Origin: Candidatus Eiseniibacteriota bacterium
GTDB lineage: Bacteria; Eisenbacteria; RBG-16-71-46
Length of the DNA: 64,000 bases
NCBI GenBank assembly: GCA_963707915.1
Contig: OY970178.1
Location: 3,321,599-3,385,598 of the forward strand
Direction: 5' to 3'
Notes under the pieces: model-generated
What the model was told of the DNA's origin: nothing
The model's database searches: none
Seen by the model: the letters and a program-made list of their open reading frames with translations, nothing else
Made by a program: the position numbers and the translations under genes
Shown: positions 29,545 through 36,683 of the stretch, piece by piece
How the letters are laid out: the number at the start of each line of letters is the position of its first letter
How positions within the stretch are numbered: the first letter of the stretch is position 1

Positions 29545-29942
29545 GGTTCAGGCTCCAGCGAGTTGAGTACATGCCCAAGACCCTGGAGCCGGGGGTCCTG
29601 TACGTCTCAGAAGCTTTCGGCACAGCAGCGCACCTCTGCGCCTGCGGTTGCGGCTCCAAGATCAGGACACCACTCGGCCCCACTGAGTGGCACGTCGAGG
29701 TTACGAAGCGGGGACCAAGCCTGTATCCCTCCGTCGGGAACTGGCAGAAGCCCTGTCAGTCGCACTACTGGATTCGCGAGGGCAACGTGCGGTGGGCAGC
29801 GAAATGGACATCGGAGGAGATTGCCACGGGTCGCAGGCACGAGGAGGAACGCCGACACGCGTACTACGACTCCGGTCGTCCAGCGCCCGGGAATATCCTG
29901 GCGAGATTCTGGTGCTGGCTGAAGCGTCTGCTTGCTCGCTGA
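29541..29942 (+). CDS. DUF6527-like protein (candidate Ubl protease of Bub-type operons)
   Basis: 'LYVSEAFGTAAHLCACGCGSKIRTPL...YPSVGNWQKPCQSHYWIREGNVRW'. ATGA overlap with the E1 gene. Confidence 0.5.
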   Translation: MRFRLQRVEYMPKTLEPGVLYVSEAFGTAAHLCACGCGSKIRTPLGPTEWHVEVTKRGPSLYPSVGNWQKPCQSHYWIREGNVRWAAKWTSEEIATGRRHEEERRHAYYDSGRPAPGNILARFWCWLKRLLAR

Positions 29943-29986
29943 CCCAGCTTGTCCACAGAAGGTGCCACTCTAGTGTCGTACCCCCT

Positions 29987-30295
29987 CTAGGCAGCTTCGC
30001 TGCTTCGTGGCACACTGACTTCACCCTTGAGCCGGTCGAGCTTCGGCAGCGGAATCCACGCGTGTTTCTTGAGCCAAGTTCGAACGTCGTCCCTCATGGC
30101 GCACCAGCGTCGTTTTGGTGCATCCACCCCCACGAAAAGTGGATAACGAGCAGACCGACCGCCAATCAAGGCGGTTTTGTTGTTTGCGGTAGGGGGGTGG
30201 ACGTGACAACAGAGACGCGAAACGGTGAGTTATACCCAGAAGCGAGGACGTTCGAACTCGCGGCAAGAGTTCGAAGCGACTACTTGACCAGCCCC
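29987..30295 (-). pseudogene. Relic A of a serine-recombinase 3' end
   Basis: Minus strand 'QVVASN...' and 'WCAMRDDVRTWLKKHAWIPLPKLDRLKGE' parallel the intact 'QAVASNF...WCALRDDVRTWLKKDKWLPLPRLDRLVES'. It is interrupted by a stop and frameshifts. A 21-nt stretch is identical: 30074-30094 = 32087-32107. Confidence 0.7.
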
Positions 30296-30409
30296 TGAGG
30301 ACATGGTTGGGTGACTAAGTGGATTGTTCGTTTCGCACAACATTCAATTCGTTCCTCCCTTGCCTGATGCTCGCACGCATGGTGTGCGCAGCAGTCCAGG
30401 GGAGGAACG

Positions 30410-30676
30410 ATGCGCAGGTTGCGGTTGCTTCCGATAACGTTCGGGCCGTCCTATGAGGTCGCACCGACCCCCGGCACGAAAGCTGCTGCCACCTGTACGG
30501 TCGTCGTCGCGGCGGTCGTGCTGGTAGCGGTTGCAGTTGCCGTGGTGAGATGGCCGTGGGTCGCCATGCTCGCAGGTGCCGTGGCCGCATTCACCTGGGG
30601 ACGGAAACACTACGGTGGTGACGCAATCATCGTGGGTATCGTGCTCCTTGTCGCGGGGTTGTCTCTGCTGAGGTAG
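30410..30676 (+). CDS. Small multi-TM membrane protein (hypothetical)
   Basis: GGGGAGGA RBS 4 nt before the ATG. Two or three hydrophobic helices. Confidence 0.35.
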   Translation: MRRLRLLPITFGPSYEVAPTPGTKAAATCTVVVAAVVLVAVAVAVVRWPWVAMLAGAVAAFTWGRKHYGGDAIIVGIVLLVAGLSLLR

Positions 30677-30759
30677 GTGCAATCGCACCTTCCAGAGTTA
30701 TCGCTCGCGGGTCGATCTCTTCGGAGTTCGACCCGCTTCTTCTTGTCTCATCAACTCAG

Positions 30760-30987
30760 ATGACGGCCATGGAACATGACCAACGTTTTGCTCTGGGGCT
30801 GACCCAGGCTGAGGTGGATCGACTGCGCGACATTATCCATCGGACTCGTGGCGTCACGTTATCGGAGCAAGAAGCGTGGGTGTGTGCAATCCGGCTTCTC
30901 AGTCTCGGACTGACGACTCTGAAAGCGACCGCGCCGAAGGAAGACATCCACAAGGATGAGACATGCGTGGTGCGTCCGCCCCTCTAG
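30760..30987 (+). CDS. Small hypothetical protein, paralogue of 33628-33834
   Basis: 'QRFALGLTQAEVDRLRDIIHRTRGVTLSEQEAWVCAIRLLSLGLTTLKAT' versus 'QRFALGLTEAEVDRLRDILRRTRGLELTREEAWAKAIQLLSLGWTILQAT'. Confidence 0.5.
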   Translation: MTAMEHDQRFALGLTQAEVDRLRDIIHRTRGVTLSEQEAWVCAIRLLSLGLTTLKATAPKEDIHKDETCVVRPPL

Positions 30988-31110
30988 GCAGCAACGCCTT
31001 TTCGTGGCAAACTATCTTCGCTCTTCAAACGATCAAGCTTGGGCAGCGGAAACCATGGAGTTTTCTTGAGCCAGGTTCGAACGTCCTCCACGATGGAGCA
31101 CCAAGAACGA
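30984..31110 (-). pseudogene. Relic B of a serine-recombinase 3' end
   Basis: 'WCSIVEDVRTWLKKTPWFPLPKLDRLKSE...AA*'. Core GAGCCAGGTTCGAACGTCC at 31068-31086. Confidence 0.65.
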
Positions 31111-31169
31111 ATCTTCGAACAAAAACACAAATCCAGCTTGATTCCATTAATCAGAGCTGAGTTCGAACT

Positions 31170-32033
31170 ATGAGACACAAGTTTCCAGACAACTTTGTAA
31201 CTATTGGCCATTTTGGCTTAGAGCAGCATTACTCAAAACATGCTCCACACGACATTCTTACAAAGTTACGCCATACATTAGGTTCCCTGATTGGATCTGA
31301 AGGAGACGTGGTGTATGTTTTTATCCTCATAAGAAAGCTTCTAGAGTTAGATAAACATAAACGAGTCTTTCCGACGTTGTCGCTGATATGTGATTGGATA
31401 GCACATGTGCGGCTCGATAGAAATAGCACTGGTTACAAAATCATCGAGAATATAGATCGGGAACTCTATTTCAAATACGCCGTGCTTGATAAACGACCGT
31501 ATGATCGGAATAGGACAAAAGCACAGGAGCGGCATATAGAACGTCAACTTGCGGGCTTATGGACATTGCGTGGCGAGTTGAGATTCTTCTTACGCCATTA
31601 TCATCTCCCGATTACGATTGTAAATAAAACCCCATCATGGAACCGATTACGTCGTTTTCTGTTTAATGCTCTCGCGAATAGTCCCCTCACAGTTCAAACA
31701 GCTGACGATCTATTAGTAATAAAAAGCATCTCATTCACTTCTGTTTGGCACGAAGCTCAACCCCAATCATCCAGGGCAAGAAATCTATTTAACGATCCGC
31801 CATACCCCAGATGTAGAATTCTAGTTAAGGATGGGATAATGCTGCCAGGAACTGAGCATATGAATCCAGAAGATGAGCAGATTATAGAGGTCTCATTAAA
31901 GACTGTAGACATTCGCGACTTTATTTCCGAGGAGGAGTTTGTTAAACTTCAAAAGACGATGAAGGATCTTCCAGAACATTTCTTCAAAGACGATCCCAAA
32001 ACTACCGGAACCACCCGAACCAAATCATCTTAG
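31170..32033 (+). CDS. Orphan hypothetical protein in an AT-rich (about 40% GC) cassette
   Basis: 287-aa ORF with Lys/Ile/Phe-rich composition that differs sharply from its neighbours. Its stop overlaps the recombinase stop. No motif recognised. Confidence 0.55.
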   Translation: MRHKFPDNFVTIGHFGLEQHYSKHAPHDILTKLRHTLGSLIGSEGDVVYVFILIRKLLELDKHKRVFPTLSLICDWIAHVRLDRNSTGYKIIENIDRELYFKYAVLDKRPYDRNRTKAQERHIERQLAGLWTLRGELRFFLRHYHLPITIVNKTPSWNRLRRFLFNALANSPLTVQTADDLLVIKSISFTSVWHEAQPQSSRARNLFNDPPYPRCRILVKDGIMLPGTEHMNPEDEQIIEVSLKTVDIRDFISEEEFVKLQKTMKDLPEHFFKDDPKTTGTTRTKSS

Positions 32034-33589
32034 CTTTCAACGAGACGATCCAACCGAGGTAGTGGCAACCACTTATCTTTCTTTAACCAAGTTCGAACGT
32101 CGTCCCTTAAGGCGCACCAATTGCTAATGAGCCCTTGTCCTTCGATGAAGGAGAAGGGTTCGTTGGCTTTGTAGAGCGGTTCCTTGCCTTCGACCGCGAA
32201 GTTCGAAGCGACGGCCTGGACAATTTCCCGTCGTTGAACTCCGACCCCGCGCTCGAAGGCCGCCGCGCAGCGGTTCGTGAACTGGAAGAGCTCGGTCGCG
32301 CGCTGGAGGTACTCCTCCGGCTCGGTCGGCGGAACCTCGAGCTGCAGCTTGAGCTTTGCCTGTCGCTCCAAGATCTCAAGCCTTCGCTTCTCGAAGAGGT
32401 CCTCGTCTACCTGCCCGCGCAGCCGAAGCGTGAGCAGCGTTTCGCCCTCACGCAGGGACGCGCCGAGGGCCTCCTGGAGCGAGCGGTGTGAGGCTGTGTC
32501 GGTCACGGTCTCCGCCTCCAAAGTGTGCTTCAGGTTCTCCGTCACCCATCCGACCACTTCCTCCGGCACGGCCACGGCATGCAGGGTCTTCTGGATCGCC
32601 GTCTCGAAGTCCGGCTCCGGAATGCAGGTCGCATGCGGACAGGGCGTGCTTCTCCCAAGGCCATGACAGCGGTAGTACACGTAGGTTCGACCTGACTGCT
32701 TGCGGTGCTGCTCGCCGGTCAGAAGTCCGCCACACTTGCAACGCAGTAGCCCGCCGTAGGGGAACTCGTGACGCGCCGGGCGGGCGCGCCCTGGCCGACC
32801 AAGGATACCGGCCGCACGCTCGAACTCCGCCGGGGTGACCATCGGCTCATGGCCGCCGCGGTAGCTCTCACCGCTGCGCAGCTGGATGAGCCCCATGTAG
32901 TAGGGATTCTGGAACATCCGGTAGAGCATCGTGATGCACATCGGCCGGCCGCCCAGTCGCGCCGTCTTGCGCGTGCGGAAGCCCCACTCCTCGGTTGCCA
33001 GCTTGAGGATCTGCTTGGGGCGGAGGCTATCGGTGAGCACGAGGTCCCACATCTTGCGCACGAGCGTGAACCGCTCGGGGTCTTTCACGACGGTCTTGGT
33101 CGCATGGTCCTCGATGTACCCCAGGGGCGGGCGGAAGTTCGGCCAGCCGCGCTGGAACCGCGCACGGTTGCCGCGCCGCACGTTTTGCCGCAGATCGTCG
33201 ATGAACTTGGTGGCGATGCCGAGCTCGAAGTTGCCCATGAAGCGGTCATTGCCGTCAGCGGTGTACGTCCGATCCGAGGTGATGACGGTGAGCTTGTGGT
33301 CGGCCAGCGCTTGCAGGACCCGGCCGGTGTCGGCGTGGTTGCGCGCCAGCCGGTCGAGCTTCCAGCACAGCACGGTCGCGATCTCGCCCTGGGACACGCG
33401 GCGCATCAGTTGATCGAAGACCACGCGGCCCGGAGCTTTAGCCGAGCGCGACTCGGAGAGGATCTCCGCGACCTGGTGCCCATGGCGCAGCGCCAGGAGT
33501 TTGAGCTCTTGGACTTGGGAGTCGATGGAGAGGACCTGCCGATCCTCGGATTCGCTGGATTTCCTAGCGTAGATGACACATTGCGGCAT
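32030..33589 (-). CDS. Large serine recombinase
   Basis: 'CVIYARKSSESEDRQVLSIDSQ' (catalytic Ser), 'LCWKLDRLARN', recombinase domain, Zn-ribbon 'LRCKCGG...YYRCHG', coiled-coil tail. Confidence 0.9.
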   Translation of the reverse strand: MPQCVIYARKSSESEDRQVLSIDSQVQELKLLALRHGHQVAEILSESRSAKAPGRVVFDQLMRRVSQGEIATVLCWKLDRLARNHADTGRVLQALADHKLTVITSDRTYTADGNDRFMGNFELGIATKFIDDLRQNVRRGNRARFQRGWPNFRPPLGYIEDHATKTVVKDPERFTLVRKMWDLVLTDSLRPKQILKLATEEWGFRTRKTARLGGRPMCITMLYRMFQNPYYMGLIQLRSGESYRGGHEPMVTPAEFERAAGILGRPGRARPARHEFPYGGLLRCKCGGLLTGEQHRKQSGRTYVYYRCHGLGRSTPCPHATCIPEPDFETAIQKTLHAVAVPEEVVGWVTENLKHTLEAETVTDTASHRSLQEALGASLREGETLLTLRLRGQVDEDLFEKRRLEILERQAKLKLQLEVPPTEPEEYLQRATELFQFTNRCAAAFERGVGVQRREIVQAVASNFAVEGKEPLYKANEPFSFIEGQGLISNWCALRDDVRTWLKKDKWLPLPRLDRLVES

Positions 33590-33610
33590 AGAGGTCTAGG
33601 TAGTGATGCC

Positions 33611-33655
33611 TCAAGTTCGAAACGCAGTCAAGAGGGAGGACCTTCGAACTCGCGG
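33611..33655 (-). repeat. Relic D: collapsed recombinase-3'-end-like sequence just upstream of the intact recombinase start
   Basis: TCAAGTTCGAAACG (33611-33624) resembles the core CCAAGTTCGAACG. 33636-33655 matches 30244-30263 at 19 of 20 positions (GAGGAC[C/G]TTCGAACTCGCGG). Confidence 0.5.
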
Positions 33656-33834
33656 GGTTTCCTTGAAGAGGTGGCCTGGAGGATGGTCCAGCCGAGGGAG
33701 AGAAGTTGAATCGCCTTGGCCCACGCCTCCTCGCGCGTGAGCTCCAGCCCGCGCGTGCGCCGCAAGATGTCGCGGAGGCGGTCCACCTCCGCTTCGGTCA
33801 GGCCAAGCGCGAAGCGTTGCGTTCGAGCATCCAT
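33628..33834 (-). CDS. Small hypothetical protein, paralogue of 30760-30987
   Basis: ATG at 33834 ('MDARTQRFALGL...'). The C-terminal 'PREFEGPPS' is encoded by relic D sequence. Confidence 0.5.
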   Translation of the reverse strand: MDARTQRFALGLTEAEVDRLRDILRRTRGLELTREEAWAKAIQLLSLGWTILQATSSRKPREFEGPPS

Positions 33835-33998
33835 GCAACCATGATCGCGCAGGAGTAGCGACCGGCGTAGGGGGGAGGACGTCCACAGGGCGAGCTTCGC
33901 TGTGCATAGCGACAATCGAATCCCTCTTCCACAGACATGCACAGTTTGCGCACCTCCACCCCCCTACAACGATTCCCTGGCAGGACTATCGTGGAAGC

Positions 33999-34280
33999 AT
34001 GTTGGTGCAATACACCAAGCGAACGTGGCGAAACCGGCCGCGCTTCCCCAACAAGATCCGCGAGTACCGCCTCAAGGCCGGCATCTCGCAGAGCAAGCTC
34101 GCCGCCCTGCTCGGCCGCGGCCGCAACGCGGTCTCGTCCTGGGAGCGTGGACTGTCGCTGCCAAACGTGCCGCGTCTCCTACGCATGGCGAAGATCCTCG
34201 GCACACTCTCCGAGGCGCTCTACTTCCAGTTCTACTCCACCCAGGGAGCAGATGGTGAGCTCAGCGGCACTGCGGCATGA
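33999..34280 (+). CDS. XRE-family HTH regulator
   Basis: 'IREYRLKAGISQSKLAALLGRGRNAVSSWERGLSLPNVPRLLRMAKIL'. Confidence 0.75.
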   Translation: MLVQYTKRTWRNRPRFPNKIREYRLKAGISQSKLAALLGRGRNAVSSWERGLSLPNVPRLLRMAKILGTLSEALYFQFYSTQGADGELSGTAA

Positions 34281-34762
34281 GGGAGCGTCTCTTGCGCTGG
34301 TTCATGGCCCACGCCAACGGTCGCGGCGTGGTGCTGGGCCGAAGCGAGGTCATGGAGGCGGAGCTGGACGCAGCGTCTGACGTGCTTCAACAGGAGCTCA
34401 CAGCATTGGAGCGGGAGGGAGTCGTCGAGATCATCGCCCCGCTACCGTTCCTTGTCCTTCGACTCAAGAAATGGTCTGGCAGGGGCCAACAAAGCACCTT
34501 TGCCTATAGCTCTCTGCTATCAAACAATCAATTGATTGAAAGCAACAGCCATAGGCACGATCCACTCCTCCACGAGATCCTCGAGACACTCGGGGAGACG
34601 GACGTGAAGGCGTTCGCCCCGGTGCTCGAGCACTACTCCCCGCAGATCATTCGCACCGCTCTGAGAAGGGTCCGCCGCGCCCGCGGCATCCGGAAGAGCC
34701 GCACCGCGCTCTTTCGCCACCTGCTCCCGCGACTCGCGCAAGCCGAACCCGAGCGCAACTAG
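34277..34762 (+). CDS. Hypothetical wHTH-like protein (paralogue 1)
   Basis: ATGA overlap with the XRE gene. C-terminal 'IIRTALRRVRRARGIRKSRTALFRHLL'. Confidence 0.45.
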   Translation: MRERLLRWFMAHANGRGVVLGRSEVMEAELDAASDVLQQELTALEREGVVEIIAPLPFLVLRLKKWSGRGQQSTFAYSSLLSNNQLIESNSHRHDPLLHEILETLGETDVKAFAPVLEHYSPQIIRTALRRVRRARGIRKSRTALFRHLLPRLAQAEPERN

Positions 34763-34770
34763 CCCTCCCC

Positions 34771-35301
34771 ATGTCCTCGCTCCAACCCATCACCCTTACC
34801 CTCGATCGCCGCATCCTCGAGCATCCGCGGGCCTACCACCTGCGACGCATGCGCGCGGGACTCTGGCTCTACCTCGACCTCTTGGCCCGGCTCCCGGCCG
34901 ACGCTGAGACGTTCGAGGTGGAGCCCGCGGCGGTCGGGCGGGACATGGGGCTCCCGGAGGGCACGGTCCGCTCCTGGCTCGGGCACCTGCGAAAGGCCGG
35001 CTACCTCGACGCCGTGCGCCTCAACGGCAAGGTCCGGGTGACGATCAAACGGGCCGCAGCGCCGGAGACCCCGGCAGAACCCCCGACGCCGACACGCTTC
35101 TTCACGGTCGCCAAGCTCCAGCGAGCGCTCGGCGAGCCGGGCAACGCCGAGGCCTTCGAGGCCGCGCTCAGCCTCTACCCGGACGACGGTCGTGAAGCGC
35201 GCCCTCGCCGGCACGCTGGCGGTGCCCGAGACCCAGATCCGTCGCTCACGCACCGCGCTCTTTCTTTACCTCCTACAACACGCCATGCCCAAGAAGACTG
35301 A
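34771..35301 (+). CDS. Hypothetical wHTH-like protein (paralogue 2), apparent frameshift near 35185
   Basis: 'GLPEGTVRSWLGHLRKAGYLD'. The paralogous tail 'VVKRALAGTLAVPETQIRRSRTALFLYLL' lies in the next frame. Confidence 0.4.
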   Translation: MSSLQPITLTLDRRILEHPRAYHLRRMRAGLWLYLDLLARLPADAETFEVEPAAVGRDMGLPEGTVRSWLGHLRKAGYLDAVRLNGKVRVTIKRAAAPETPAEPPTPTRFFTVAKLQRALGEPGNAEAFEAALSLYPDDGREARPRRHAGGARDPDPSLTHRALSLPPTTRHAQED

Positions 35302-35802
35302 CACCATCCTCGCCCTCGATCCCGGTCTCCGCGACCTCGGCTACGCCGTGCTCCACGGCCGCCGCCTCGTGGCCAGCGGCGTGCTCGCGCTGCGGCGCGT
35401 CCCGAAGGCAGAACGTCTCGCGCACAGCGCGCAAGCACGTGCGCACGTGGCTGCGAACGCACCGTCCGCAGCGTCTGGTCGTCGAGAAGACCTACCGCCA
35501 TCCGGTGCCGTGGCTCGATCGAGCTCCACCGGCTCACGCGCAGGCCCGGAACCTCGCCACCCGCCAGCACACCGCCTTCGCCATGTACTCGCCGCAGACG
35601 CGTCCGCGCGACCGTCGCCGGCAACGGCAAGGCCAAGAAGCCCGAGGTCGCCATCGCCGTCGCGCATCCGCTTCCCGCAGCTCCGGGTCTACCTCACGCA
35701 GGACCGGCGCTGGAAGGAAGCGTACTGGCAGAACATGTTCGACGCGTCGCGCTGGCGCTCCATCACCAAGCAGCGACGCAACCGCCCTCCCGCAGCCGGT
35801 GA
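35285..35802 (+). pseudogene. RuvC-like Holliday-junction resolvase, copy 1 (about four frameshifts)
   Basis: Pieces in three frames: 'TILALDPGLRDLGYAVL', 'RPQRLVVEKTY', 'VRATVAGNGKAKKPEVAIAV', 'NMFDA' followed by 'VALALHH'. Confidence 0.55.
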
Positions 35803-35895
35803 TCCGGCCGACCCTGGCGCCTCCGCCTTGCCGAGCGCCACTGTCTCGGAAGGGGTCCGCAAGGGACCTCCGACGAGCAGCCCTCGGGAGGGCAT

Positions 35896-36427
35896 TTGAT
35901 TCACTACACACTCACCCATGAACACACCAAGACCATCCTCGGCATCGACCCCGGCACGAAGGAGATGGGCATCGCCGTGCTTCGCGGCCGAAAGCTGCTC
36001 GCGTACGGCGTGCACACGCTCCGCAACGGCGAGCGGCCCTACGACGTGATCGGCCAGGCCCGGCGGGTCGTCTTGGAGTACCTCGAGCGCTATGCCCCGG
36101 AGGTGGTGGCGATCGAGGCGCCGCTGCATGTTGCCGACCAAGCGCGCGGCGATCCTCTCGGTCATCGCGCAGGAGCTGCGACAGAGGGCGAATGAACTCG
36201 GCCTCGAGGTCCTTGAGCTCACGCCGCAGGAGGTGCGGCAGCGGGTAGTCGGGAACCCGCGCGCGACCAAGATTGACGTCGCGGAGGCGCTGGTGGCACG
36301 GGGGTTCGAGGAGCTCAAGGATCTTGTGCCAAAGCGACCGACCCGGGCAGCCTTGGGACTCAGGCCGGGCCAGAAGTACTGGCTCCACATGTTCGATGCG
36401 CTGGGGCTCGCTTGGGCCATCACCTGA
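35896..36427 (+). pseudogene. RuvC-like resolvase, copy 2 (frameshifts near 35930 and 36130)
   Basis: 'TILGIDPGTKEMGIAVL', 'PEVVAIEAPLHV', then in another frame 'TPQEVRQRVVGNPRATKIDV...HMFDALGLAWA'. Confidence 0.55.
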
Positions 36428-36683
36428 GTGCCCCCACGTGCAGCGCGCGAATGACCTATTGCGGCAGAGCACGATTGCGACTAGTGTACAGTCGTATACG
36501 GTTTGCTCTCAGCCCACTTTGTCGGGATCCGCTGCGCCCCCTATGCCTAAGGGCAACCCTAGTGATCTCACGAGCAACGAGGGCCGCCATGCCTGGTTGC
36601 GTCAGTCCCTTCATGGTTGCGCTCACGCCCTCTAGCCGGGCGGTGGACCGAGTTACGGCGAGCGGCCCGGAGGTTCCCCACCC

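Noticed and set aside
28357-29942. Calling the E2-E1 fusion and its neighbour Cap2 and Cap3.
   Set aside because: The downstream protein has no JAMM (HxH..S..D) motif and looks DUF6527-like. A free beta-grasp gene is present, which fits the Bub/6E composition rather than canonical type II CBASS.
30068-31090. GGTTCGAAC / AGTTCGAAC motifs as tRNA T-loops or a tRNA-derived att site.
   Set aside because: No flanking complementary T-stem or acceptor sequence is present. The motif instead lies in a coding-homologous context (DVRTWL) of the recombinase 3' end.
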